Below, one piece after another: positions 37,969 through 50,428 of a DNA stretch of 64,000 bases. Position 1 is the stretch's first letter. Each line of letters opens with the position of its first letter. Origin of the DNA: Leucoraja ocellata (taxonomy: Eukaryota); contig JAWMAR010000193.1 in assembly GCA_036785375.1 (NCBI GenBank), forward strand, positions 3,224,001 to 3,288,000. Direction: 5' to 3'. The position numbers and the translations under genes are program-made. The notes under the pieces are model-generated. The model saw only the letters and a list, made by a program, of their open reading frames with translations, was not told the DNA's origin and ran no database searches.

Positions 37969-39336
37969 ATTTAGTTTAGTTTAGTTTCGTTTAGTTTAGA
38001 GATACAGTATGTAGGTATGTTGCCAAGCCTACCTGAAGCGTCGCTGAAAATCTGTCCCAGCCCGTGAGCGCGATTTTGGCGCCGTTTAGAGGGGGGCGGG
38101 TTTAAAATGCGATTTTCCCTAGGCTGTTCAAATCGAGGATGTTCAGCCTAGTTAATTATTAACGGAAAATCGCTGGAATATTCTGTCGCTTTAGCTATTT
38201 TTAGTTTTAAAGGCTTTATATAATTGTTATAGTAGGTTCAAAATTAACCTCTAAACCCCCGACCACCGGCAACCGGCAGGGTCTCATACAAACAGAAGGT
38301 AGGCTGTTTATTTTTACATTAAAAAGGGCTTATTAAGATCCCTTTATACAAAGTTTAAAGTTGCGGGTAGCTCATTTTGGGCCCATTATATCCCGCAGTA
38401 TTTTTCTGGGCATTTGAGGGCACAAATCTAGCGCAAGGTGAACGTTCTAAACCAGCGCATTCACAGGAACCCACTAGAAAGCTGATTTAAATTGACTTTA
38501 ATTTACTGCAATTGAACACTAAATTCCTTCCATTTGGCATATAAATTAATGTAAATGAGATTTAAAAATCATGTTTTATTGTGAATTATTTGTGAATATT
38601 ATTTGGACACTTAGGCTATTTAAAAATGTTAATCATTTATTAAGAAATAGATAGATGTTTAGATCTAGTAATTGAAGTTTGAAATTAGCTCCAATTAGGT
38701 AACTAACTAATTATATGCTTTAATTTCAGGTCATCCAAGTAAGATTGATTTATATTTGTTTCAGAATGCTTCAATCTATGATAACTGAAAATTTCATTCA
38801 GTTCTCTCAATTTTTAAGAAAGTTATGGGCTTTTGACTGTCCACGATCACAGCTTTTTTGTTATGTCCATAGAAAATCAATAGGGAACAAGATGGTAATT
38901 TCCGGGTATGAAAAAGGCCATAACTTTTTAAATACTTGAGATATGAAAGTAAATTAGGTGTCAAATTAAACTTATGGTTATGCTTTATCTGATGGGATAA
39001 ATTGCAGACTTGATTTTTAAAATCTCAAAATTTTGTAACATTGCTACAGTATGGAAACAGGTTCTAAGCACCATCAAGACTATGCTGACCATCAATCAAT
39101 CATACACTAGTTCTATGTTGTGCAACGTTCGCATCCTACAAACCAGGTGCAACTTACAGAGGCCAATTAACCTGACAACCTGTACGTCTTTGCAATGTGG
39201 GAGGAAATGTGAGCACCCGGGGAAAAACCATGCGGTCGCAGAAAGAACGCATAAACTCCACACAGGCAGCACCTGAGGCCAGAACCCAGGTCTCTGGCGC
39301 TGTGAGGCAGTGGCTTTACCGCTGTGCCACTGTGCC
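37969..39336 (-). mobile_element. HE1/V-SINE-type SINE split by a DNA transposon
   Basis: Tail at 37969-38011 joins the body at 39047-39336 as gagatacagtatggaaacagg. Confidence 0.8.
38012..39046. mobile_element. 1035-bp non-autonomous DNA transposon, hAT-like
   Basis: Imperfect TIRs taggtatgttgccaa / tttgtaacattgcta; CAGTATG duplicated at 38005-38011 and 39047-39053; no long ORF. Confidence 0.75.
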
Positions 39337-40787
39337 TCCTTTCTTTCACCTGTGTGAAACAGCCTTAGTATTTGCGCACACTTGGGTGACTCTGAACTGC
39401 AGATCATTCACAAAAAGTCACAGACGACAACAGTCAACGGTGAGCCTATTATTTTCCTTGCATTTAGAAATGAAGCTGATCATTTAAAAAGATTTTCCAT
39501 CACAAGAGTTTACTTGGCAGGAGAGCAGATACTTTTTGTGATGTGATGCACTCAAGGGAATGGTATTGGGCATCAACAAGAAAAATACTGACACAGTCAC
39601 GCTAACATTACCATTCTCAGGCTTTTCTGCTAGCTGGCTAGAAATACTTAGCCTATTTTTTTAAATTGCTTTTGTCTCCTCTTGTGATTCAGTTTGTACT
39701 GAATCTCAATGACCATTTAACAACCTCCAAGCAAACACTGTTTGAGGATGTTGTCAGCTTGAGCAGTTCGAAAAGCCTGATGGAAAAAAAAAACTATACA
39801 GTACAGTAACTCTCATTAAAATGGGCAGAGACCAGAACAACATATGGTTATAAAGGAGGTTGCACAATTGAAACTAGCTGATGCATGTCAGCATGTTCTG
39901 ACTTCCAAGAACTAAAACCAAATGCAGTGACCACTAACCAGCCATTTGTTGCTGTGTTCTGATATGGAACGAGGTTACAGGAGCTTGCCCATCCTAGTGG
40001 TTTCTGGTGCTTTCCTGATACCAAGAAGTGAATTTTTGGATGTCCACAGATGCGTGATAAGCAACAATTGTGTCCTCTCTGAATTTTAGTTTAATTATTT
40101 CCTGTTATTTCATCAGAATCCAGAATCAGAGCGGTCTGACTAGTGAACTACTACACAACTGTCAATCTATCTTTGCCTGTTAACTTTTAGTTTGGAACCA
40201 CCTAATGGTTTGAATCTTGCTGGAGCAGGACCTCTCGCTGCAAGGCTCGTTAGTGCCGGCTTTATTCTATGTCCCTCAACTCAAAAATGCTTTGGGCCAG
40301 AACTGAAGGAAATGTGAGATAATAAAGTTGTGGCAAAAGCAACACGGCATCTCAGACTTCAGGCACAATTGGCACAAGCACTGTGTTGCACTAAGCAAAG
40401 AAATGTAAAGATTGAAAAAGAAACAAGTAACTGACTGAAAAGGAAGACGAATTAGAGCCAAACCACGTATAGGAGAAATTGAGGGTGGGAAAGAAACATT
40501 ATACAAAGCTACGGAGGAAAAGAGACAGAAAGGGAGTGTACCATTTCACTTTTTGTTTTAAAGTCTGAAAACAATTTACCACTTGAATAATTGAAAAACT
40601 ATTGTTTGTTAAATTTGTATCCAGCAGATTTGATGAAAATGATATGAACAATTATTTTATCATTCAAAAGATATGACCAATTAATTGCCAGAGTTAATAT
40701 TCTATAGCATTTAATGGACAATTAATCTGCAAATTTAGTATGTTCCTGAAAATAACACGGAATCAATTCAAGTGTATTATACATAGA

Positions 40788-40972
40788 GAAGATAGACACA
40801 AAGTGTTGGAGTAACTCAGCGGGCGGGACAGGCAGTATCTGTGGATTGAAGGCATGGATGAAAGTCACCCATTCCTTCTATGCAGAGATTCTGCCTGAGT
40901 TACTCCAACATTTTGGATGCTGCCTGAATAACTCCAACATTACTCCAACCAGCATCTGCAGTTCCTTCCTAC
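40788..40972. mobile_element. Fold-back Penelope-like element with the ribozyme centre deleted
   Basis: tgttggagtaactcag / ctgagttactccaaca arms; ends ccagcatctgcagttccttcctaca. Confidence 0.75.
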
Positions 40973-41009
40973 ATATTACATATGGAGTGTATTTTCTGGC
41001 TGTTTTTCT

Positions 41010-42741
41010 CCGGCGGTTTTCAGCCCCCACCTCCTAACCGGGAGTGTCGGCACCTCCGTAGCTGATGACCTGAACTCTTTCTATGCACGGTTTGAGGCGG
41101 GCAACAACACCCCTAGCTCGCCGGCTAACAACAACATCGTCAACACACTGGCTAGTGAGGCTGGAGTGAGGCACACCACTGGAGATGTGCACACATTCTC
41201 GTTGTCCGAGCACGATGTGAGGAGGGCTCTGGCTAGTGAGAACACAAGGAAAACTATAGGCCCAGATGGTATATCTGGGCGAGTACAAAAGTCTTGTGCT
41301 AATCAGCTTGCTCCAGTGTTCACCACAATATTCAACCTCTCCCTGACCAAGTCCGTGGTCCCTACCTGCTTCAAGAGATCCACTATTGTCCCAGTGCCTC
41401 AGAATGCCTCTCCAGCCTGCTTGAATGACCACCGAACGGTGGCCCTCACCTCAGTGGTCATAAAATGCTTCGAGAGGCAGATGAAGGACTACATCTGCTC
41501 CTTCCTCCCTCGCACCATGGATCCGCTGCAGTTCGCATACCGTCCAAACAGATCCACGGATGATGCGGTCTCCCAGGTTTTGCACACCACTCTCTGTCAC
41601 CTTGACAGCCTGAAGGGGGTCAATTCATTCTGCTGTTCATTTATTTCAGTTCAGCTTTCAACACTGTAGTCCCCACCAGACTTGCTGATAAGCTGTTGGA
41701 ACTGGGACTGAACACTCCCCTGAGTCCTGGATTTTCTGACCGTCAGGCCCCAGGTGGTCAGGATGGGTAGACATACCTCCAAACCCCTCACCCTGAACAC
41801 AGGATCCCCCCAGGGTTGCATCCTCAGCCCCCTACTGTACTCCCTGTATACACATGACTGTGTGGCCAGATTCAGCTCCAAATCCATCATTAAGTTTGCT
41901 GATGACACTGTGGTGGTGGGCCTGATCTCTGATAACGATGAGAAGGCCTACCTGGAGGAGGTGGCTGACCTAGCACTCTGGTGTCAGAATAACAGCCTCC
42001 TATAGAATGTCACAAAAACTAAGGAGCTGATTGTGGACTTTAGAAGGGCACAACAACCAAGGACGTACACACCACTGGGGATTAATGGGACTAATGTGAA
42101 TAGGGTGAGTAGCTTTAAATACCTGGATGTCCACCACAGAGGATCTGAATTGGTCAACACACACTGCCACACTGGAGAGAAAGGCAAGGCAGTGCCTTTA
42201 CCACCTCAGGCAGCTGAGGAAATTCAGAGTATCTCTGAGGATCCTTCAATCCTTCTACTCTAGTGCTGTAGAAAGCATCCTGACTGGAAACATCTCTATC
42301 TGGTTTGGCAACAGTTCTGCCCCAGGACAGGAAGGTTCTGCAGAGAATACTGAGTTTGGCCGAACGCACCATGGGAACTACACTCCCCTCCCACCCCCCC
42401 CTCTGCAGGACCTAGACACCAGGAGGTGCAGATCCAGAGCCAGCAAGATCAAGAAGGACCGTTACCACCGCAGCAATGGACTGTTCTAGCTGCTGCGGTC
42501 AGGCAAACGCCTCCGCTGTCATGCAGCAAATACAGAGAGGCTGAAATGGTTTATTCCCACAGGTCATCAGGACTGTAAACGCTGACCTCACCAGGGCATT
42601 AATACTGTTGCGTCTTCTTTTTTTAATGTAAATGCTGGTTCTGTTCTGTTCTGTTGTTTTGCACAATCCCGCAGGCATTGCCATTTTCATTTCACTGTAC
42701 ATCTTGTCTGTGTATGTGATAAATAAAGTTGACTTGACTTG
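41010..42741 (+). mobile_element. Rex1/Babar LINE, RT region to 3' end, frameshifted
   Basis: [57 protein letters not shown]; aataaa then (gttgac/ttgac)n. Confidence 0.92.
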
Positions 42742-42853
42742 TTCTGCAGAGTAGTTATAGAGGACTAATTAATAGTATTATTGATTGGGCTCAGTTGCAA
42801 AATCTGGTGATGTGGTAGTTTTCTCTGAGTCAGTTGAGAGTGACTTATTTTAA

Positions 42854-43160
42854 GGCGGCATGGTGTCGCAGCTAGTAGAGCTGCTGCCTCACTGTGCCAG
42901 AGACATGCGTTTGATCCTGACCTCGGGTACTGTCTGTATGAAGTTTGCACATTCTCCCTGTAACCGCATGAGTTTTGTCCGGGTGCTTTGGTTTTCTCCC
43001 ACATCTCAAAGACCTGCGGGTCCATAGGTTAGTTGGTCTTTGTAAATTGCCCCAACGTGTTTAGGGAGTGGATGCAAAAGTGAGATAACACAGAACCAGA
43101 ATGAATGTGTAATCAATGGTCAACATGGTCTCGGTGGGCCGACAGGCCTGTTTCTGGGAT
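42854..43160 (+). mobile_element. HE1/V-SINE-type SINE
   Basis: Head-core-tail. Confidence 0.85.
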
Positions 43161-43167
43161 GTTAGGG

Positions 43168-43724
43168 CCAACAGACTGATTCCTGGGATGTCAGGGCTTT
43201 CATATGAAGAAAGACTGGATAGACTCGGCTTGTACTCGCTAGAATTTAGAAGGTTGAGGGGGATCTTACAGAAACTTACAAAATTCTTTAGGCATTGGAC
43301 AGACTAGATGCAGGAAGATTGTTCCCAATGTTGGGGAAGTCCAGGACAAGGGGTCACAGTTTAAGGATAAAGGGGAAATTCGTTTGGACCTCCAGGGGTC
43401 CAAATGACAATTAAATTGACTATTGACTATTGACTATTGACTAAATCCTTTAGGACCGAGATGAGAAAACAGATTTTCACACAGAGAGTGGTGAATCTCT
43501 GGATCTCTCTGCCACATAAGGTAGTTGAGGCCAGTTCATTGGCTATATTTAAGAGGGAGTTAGATGTGGCCCTTGTGGCTAAGGGGATCAGGGGGTATGG
43601 AGAGAAGGCAGGTACAGGATACTGTGTTGGATGATCAGCCATGATCATATTGAATGGCGGTGCAGGCTCGAAGGGCCGAATGGCCTACTCCTGCACCTAT
43701 TTTATATGTTTCTATGTTTCTATG
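43168..43724 (+). mobile_element. CR1 3' end with a 63-bp insert at 43380-43442
   Basis: RLIPGMSGLSYEERL...; ttctatg tail. Confidence 0.88.
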
Positions 43725-44238
43725 ATGGCTAATATGGTCTATATGTGATTTGTAGACTGCCACAGATAGAGCAGGATATACAGCTACGGATGAGTGGGCC
43801 GGCTGAGTTGTAGGTTGTGTAAGTTCCTAGTGCCACCCAATGTTCCAAAACGAGGACACTCAAGGCTCTTCTGCCATCCCTGTTGCATCAACCCCAATTT
43901 GAGCCAAAATATTCTGTAATTAACTGGGGATACCACATTTTCTTAACCCTTGAGACCTCACCCTGACGCAGTTTCTCCATCTTTTCGGAAATTTCTCGAC
44001 ATGATGTATCTGGGAGGAGTATGTATATTTCAGGGGTTTGCTGACAGGCATTTGATCAATGTGGCCTACTCAGCAGAATTTGTGGAGTTTTGTTGGAGCC
44101 TCTTTGATCAGGATTTTAACCTGGAAGAAGATACTGATGATGGTTCATTCAACCTGTCAATGGGAGTGGAGAATTTGTGGATGCAGCCTTTATGGACTTT
44201 CACTGCAATGTCAATGCCCCTGCCTCACCCTCTCTGCA

Positions 44239-45072
44239 TTGTTTTAATGTATGTTTTTAATGTTTCCCTGTGTGTCTTGTGTGGGGGGTGATGTGGGGGG
44301 GGTAAGGGGGAAACCGCTTTGGTCGCCTCCTCCACGGAGAGGCAACTTTTTCCAGGTCGCCTCCCCCGTGGCCTAACAGCAAGGATCGGCGCGGCCTTTC
44401 CCGGAGATGCGATTGGGGCTTCAGCGGCGGGCACGCACGGCCTGGACTCTCTGCGTGGAGCGGGCGAGCCCTCGCTGGGGCTCGCCGGAGTGGAGCGCTC
44501 CGTTTCACTGGCCCGTGGCAGCCGGCAGCCTGAAGCTGCGGTCTGCAGAGCTCCAGCAGGCGCGGCGTCTGCAGCCCGTGATCTCACGTTGGGAACCCGG
44601 GGGGAAGAAGAAGCTCCATTGGCCGGCCCGTGGCCAACTTCTACCGTGGGCATGGTGATGACTTACCATCACCCCTGGAGGGGAGCTTCGTCTGTCGGCC
44701 CTGCAGTCTGCGGTGCTTCTGGCTGTGGCGCGAACTTTAAATCTTCGACTGCCGGCCTGCACCAACCTGAAGCCGCGGTCTCCGGTGGGGAAGAGCCGAT
44801 TCTGGACTTACCTTGACTTTTACCTTGTCCTTTTACCATCTGGATGCCCGCAGCGACGGCTGCGGAGGGTTGAGGTCCTGACCACGGGGGAAATGGAGGA
44901 GGACTGGCCAATTTCTGTGCCTTCCACCACAGTGATGAATGCTGTGGTGGATGTTTGTGTTAAATGTTTATTGTGTTTGTGTGTTCTTTATCATTGTACC
45001 GCTACTGACAAATTCATTTCACTTGCACTTTATGTGCAATGTGACGAATAAAACTGATTGATTGATTGATTA
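44239..45072 (+). mobile_element. GC-rich non-autonomous retroelement with Rex1-type tail
   Basis: CpG-rich body; hairpin ccaccacag/ctgtggtgg; tail ttcatttcacttgcac...gtgacgaataaa then (tgat)n. Confidence 0.6.
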
Positions 45073-48000
45073 ATTGTGAGTGACTCAGAGGTGGGCATAT
45101 TGATTAGAATTATGGCTTGCGTATGACTTGGAAAATTGAGACAAACTTATGAAAGCAAGCAACTTTGAGAAGGTTCTACTCATTGTCACATTGTTGTGCG
45201 GTAACGTTATAAATTATTTTACATCTCACTTCATAAGTTCATCTTCATAAGTTATAGGGCATTTGGCCCATGAAGACTACTCCGCCATTCTATCTTTCCC
45301 TCTCAGCACCATACTCCTGCCTTCTCCCCATGACACCCATTACTAATCAAGAATCTGTCAACCTCCACATTAAAATTATCCACTTGAAGAAGTACTTTGG
45401 GATGTCTTGATGCTGTGAAATCTGCAATAAACGCCCAAGTTTTGTTCATTTATGTGTGCCGAACTGTGATGGAGAAGAAATTTTATTTGTGTGAAAAGCA
45501 ATTCTGAAGAAAGGTCATTCACCTGAATATTTGCAGCATTTTCTTTTTTCTATTTCATGTAACATAATGGAAATGCACAGAGTGAATCAATGAGAGTAAT
45601 TTACTGCTTACATATTCTGTTACATTCTTTAAGTTCTGTAGTTCTTTCTTCAACCTGTGCTAATCTACCTTCATTCACACTGAAACCAAGAGATGCATTG
45701 AGGATTGTTCCCTATGGAAATATCCCCTGTGGTTCTATGAATGAAAAATCCCAGCTGTCAGATACCCCAGTGAACCAGTGTCAAATTTTATGAGTAATAT
45801 CAATCCTCAATTCAAGTGTCATTGATATGCCCCACCAATCATGATATTGTTATGAAGGATTTGCACAGTTGAACTATCGACCAAGCAGCCACATCTTGCC
45901 TGTTGTCCCTCTTTGTGTGGTGGATAGGAAGGTATGGAGCCCCAAAAAATGCATCAACTTGAACTCTTCAAGTGCCTCCCGATAAGGTGCTCTGTGATGT
46001 TATTTTTATTTAAATTTCCATTTTATTTCACAAGAATCCCATTAAGCTGAAGTACAAGTGTGCATGTGAGATGTGGATGCATTTGGAATTTAATTCACTC
46101 ACTATCCAGTTGTACCCTGCAACGTAAATTAGCATTTGAAAATCAAAACAATGCAAATGGTGGGAAGTTGGAAATAAAACAAACCCTCAGATGATTTTGC
46201 ACGTGTAATGTTAATTCTATTTCTCTTTCCACAGACGCTGCGTGACCTTCTGTGTGCTTCCAGCATTGTTTTGTTTTTATATAATTTGAATTTTCTGCAC
46301 TTCTTTGCCTCGGGCTGAACTAGTCTACATTCACCGACTTGCTCACGTAGATCCTGCTGCTACAATATGTCAGCCAGAGATCAATCTAGAGCAAATGGAC
46401 TTTCCCACACAGAAGTTCCTGTGAAGCTAAATGAAAAAATGTACCGTACTCTCAGTTCAACATTCCTTGCCCAAACAGGTCCACTGAACAATCCACTTTC
46501 TCACACTTCAGGCACAGGATGTGAATGACTGTGGGTGTACATATTTCTTGCCCATGTAATGCTTCCCTCCCCAATTCCAGAGAGTCATTTTTCTTGATTA
46601 CCAATATGAATTACACACTGTCAGACAATCCAACAGAGAAGCACAGTGGACAAGTATAATGGAAATAGTTTAACAGAAAAATTATGACAGCTGTAAGTGT
46701 GACATGAAAGTATTCTGAGCAGTACATTTTGTTGACAGGAACTGTGCACAAATGTGAGCCCCTGAATCAAAGGAGAGGGAAACGGAGTTAACATTTAAGG
46801 TCGAACATCCCTTGTCAGAACACCTTTTGGTTTCTAGCATTTACTGTTTTTATTTCAGATTTACACCATCTGCAGTTCCTCTGATTTGGATTCTGCCATT
46901 GTCAACATCTGATTGCTTAAAAGAACAAAATAGTGCAACTTTTTATTATTTAAGGCTACATTTAAAACAACACCAGTCTTATAAACAGGGAATAAATCGC
47001 CAGGACCTCCCTTTTACATCCCCCATCTACGTAGAACATAGATCAGCACAATTGAGGAACAGGCCTTTCGGCCCACAAAGTCCGTGCTGAACATGATAAC
47101 AGGAAACATTAGCAAAGGAATCAGATTGCTCTGTGAGTCGGCATAGACTCGATGGGCCAAAATGACCTACTTCTATGTTGTAATACTTTAATATGAAAAT
47201 ATCCATGAAGCTTTTGGTACATGTTAGATAGACACTACACAAGAAAAGTAGAAAAGCAATGGGGAGAAAGGCACGGAATTCTTAAACCATTAATGCCGAT
47301 TTATTTCTGTGGTAAATATCTGATGGATGTTGCTCCCTTGATGTCTTGTCCAACGGTGGAAGTTCTCCTTGTCAAAAGGCACCAAGTTGTGAGATATATC
47401 CACTCACTCTGCAAACCTTGACGTATTAAAATCTGCAAAGTTAACGAAACCTGCATTCAAGATTCAGAAGACAAAATTAGGGAAGCAGTGTAGATGAACT
47501 GCTCTTGCCCAGTCATTTTATAATCAATGAATTTAAATACAATCTGAGTTACGCACGCAGTAGAGTAGGGCACTGTTTCTATCTGCTTTACGAGACCCGG
47601 TACTAGAGTTTGTTTTAAATAGCCTTCTCACAGATGTTAGATGATGAAATGCAGATTCTTGCTTTCCAAAGTCCTGTGGGAAATTTTAGCCTCAAAAGGT
47701 TAAGTCAGACTGAAGCTGAATTAACATTGTCCATTTGAATACTGTTAAAGAATATATAAAGCTTACTTAAAATGGTTGTTATGGCTGACAGGGCCAGACT
47801 GCGGCCTGTTTGAGTTTAGAGAATCTTAACCCTTCAGTGAACTGAACCTATAAGCCATCTGTTAGAATATCCTATTGTATTAAGGACACCCCATTGTTGC
47901 ACGTTATGGCCAGAATTGAATGGAAAGCACTTTCATTGTACGCTGAGCTCACAGACATGATCTGATTTCACTCTGAGAAATGCAACATTTCCTGAAATTT

Positions 48001-48602
48001 ACTCGCAAAAATAGAGATAATTGCTTCAAAATGAAATAATGCTGCAATTCATCCCAATAATTTTTATCTTACCTTTTGCTATTTTCAAGATGGGGATGTT
48101 CTTCCATGATTGCTGCACAGAAGCAATGCCTCAAGTTGGCAAGACAGGTATATAAATCAGGTGAACTGTTATATATCAATACTCTGGTATAATTCTCACA
48201 GCATAAGGGCACTAACCTCATTCCTCAACATAGTTGTGGGCCATACACTGACAATAGTTAGTGAAGACGGAGAGTGGAAACAGAAGAAAATTAAAAAAGA
48301 ATGAAAAAGATTCTGCATTGTCATAAGAAACACAGTATTTTTCACTGAATGCTTATCAGGAAAACGTGAATAATTGTCCTTGTTTCAAGAAGTGGGGTGG
48401 AGAGTACTTAAAATGTCACCTCATGCCCTGACTTTAACCTATTCATTAGCACTACAGTACATATATTCCAAGGCTACAGATGAAATTAACCTTTTTTTTC
48501 CCCCATGAAGCATGCACATCAGTTGATTTTCAGGAAAAACAAGTTAAATTTATATACGTAGATATCTTTGTTTTCCTCAGAACTTAATTGCACATTCTAA
48601 CT

Positions 48603-48818
48603 GTAGGAAGGAACTGCAGATGCTGGTTAAAACTGAAGATAGACACAAAAAGCTGGAGTAACTCGGCAGGACAGGTAGCATCTCTGGAGAGAAGGAATGG
48701 GTGACGTTTCAGGTCGAGACCCGAAGGGTCTGAAGGAGGGTCTCGACCCAAAACCTCACCCATTCTCTCCAGAGATGCTGCCTGTCCCACTGAGTTACTC
48801 CAGCTTTTGTGTCTATAT
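48603..48818. mobile_element. Fold-back Penelope-like element with perfect 11-bp TSD
   Basis: acattctaact at 48592-48602 and 48819-48829; inverted arms meet at two opposed hammerhead relics. Confidence 0.85.
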
Positions 48819-49278
48819 ACATTCTAACTTGTACATTCCCTTTCATAAAGTAGTATCATACTTAGTCTTCTTTGTTTTATTTACTTTGAATTGAGACAAA
48901 TCAGAAACATTTGAACTGTTCTCACCTGTAAAACTTACCCAGTTTCAGCAACCTCTGTCCATTTCAAATAAAGATTATTAGTCAAATATTTAACTGACTA
49001 ATAACGGACAGAGTGGAGCGACATCATGGAACTGTCAAATTTCTGCTCTCCCAACCTAGAATCCTTCTTTATAAACTGCAAACCCTTCTACTCCCCGAGG
49101 GAATTTAACTCCTTTATTCTCGTTGGAGTTTACATCCCCCTCCCATGCCTGCGTACATGAGGCGCAAACGCAACTTGCTGACCAGGAAATGAGGGTAGAG
49201 AGTGACTCCATGGTCATTGTTTTGGGGGACTTTAACAAAGCTAACCTCAGCCGTGACCTTCCAAAGTACAGACTTCAG

Positions 49279-49646
49279 ACTTAAGGGGTTGGACAGGCTA
49301 GATGCAGGAAGATTGTTCCCGATGTTAGGGAAGTCCAGGACAAGGGGTCACAGCTTAAGGATAAGGGGGAAATCCTTTAAAACCGAGATGAGAAGAACTT
49401 TTTTCACACAGAGAGTGGTGAATCTCTGGAACTCTCTGCCACAGAGGGTAGTTGAGGCCAGTTCATTGGCTATATTTAAGAGGGAGTTAGATGTGGCCCT
49501 TGTGGCTAAGGGGATCAGGGGGTATGGAGAGAAGGCAGGTACGGGATACTGAGTTGGATGATCAGCCATGATCATATTGAATGGCGGTGCAGGCTCGAAG
49601 GGCCGAATGGCTTACTCCTGCACCTAATTTCTATGTTTCTATGTTT
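49279..49646 (+). mobile_element. CR1 3' end nested in Rex1
   Basis: LKGLDRLDAGRLFPML...; ttctatg tail. Confidence 0.88.
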
Positions 49647-49886
49647 ACCTGCTCCACCAGAGGGGAGAGAACACTTGTTACATGTCAATCAAGAACGCAT
49701 ATCGCTCTGTTCCCCGGGCGGGTCTGGGTCTCTTGGATCATTGTCTAGTTCACCTTATTCCGACCTACAGGCAGAAACTAAAATCTGCTAAGCCTGAGGT
49801 CAGAACAACAAAAATGTGGACAAGCGAGGGCATTGAGAACCTACAATCCTGCTTTGACTGCACGGATTGAAATGTGTTCAGGAAAG

Positions 49887-50046
49887 GCCAGTGACTAGTG
49901 GGGTTATATGGACGGGAAAGGAATGGAGGGTTATGGCCTGAGCGCACGTATATGGGACTTGGGGAGAAAACGTGTTCGGCACGGACTAGAAGGGTCGAGA
50001 TGGCCTGTTTCCGTGCTGTAATTGTTATATGGATATAGGATTATAT
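49887..50046 (+). mobile_element. Short CR1 3' end (ttatatgg lineage) nested in Rex1
   Basis: ggaaag duplicated at 49881-49886 and 50047-50052. Confidence 0.8.
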
Positions 50047-50200
50047 GGAAAGCAACCACAAGCCTCGATGCGTATACAGACACTGTATCATTATATGTCA
50101 GCTTTTGTGAGGACAGTTACATTCCAACTAGGACCCAGACCGGGTTCAACAACAACAAGTCCTGGTTTACTGCAGAACTCAGACAGCTCCGACAGTCTAA

Positions 50201-50428
50201 AGGGCCTGTCCCACTGTCATGACCTAATTGACGACCTTTTTTTACTCGTGGACATTTTAAATCAGGCTTGAAAAACACCCCGACCTACTTGATGCCACGA
50301 GCACCTATGACTAGCATCACAACCTACCTCCGACCTCCTATGACCTCGTGATGACCATGCTGCGAGTACGAGTCAAGGGAAAACTCAGCAGAGGTCATGA
50401 ATTAGGTCATGAAAGTGGGACAGGCCCT
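50201..50428. mobile_element. PIF/Harbinger MITE
   Basis: TIRs agggcctgtcccactgtcatgacctaatt / aattaggtcatgaaagtgggacaggccct; TAA TSD; removing it restores Rex1 RQSKEGAYRS. Confidence 0.88.

Noticed and set aside
44225-45051. CpG-island promoter or coding exon suggested by overlapping ORFs
   Set aside because: Stop-poor GC-rich sequence ending in a retroposon tail and homologous to another repeat at 14.4 kb
48603-48818. Classification as a DNA-transposon MITE or pre-miRNA
   Set aside because: Arms are asymmetric, TSD length varies between copies (8-14 bp) and single-arm copies exist, which fits a retroelement
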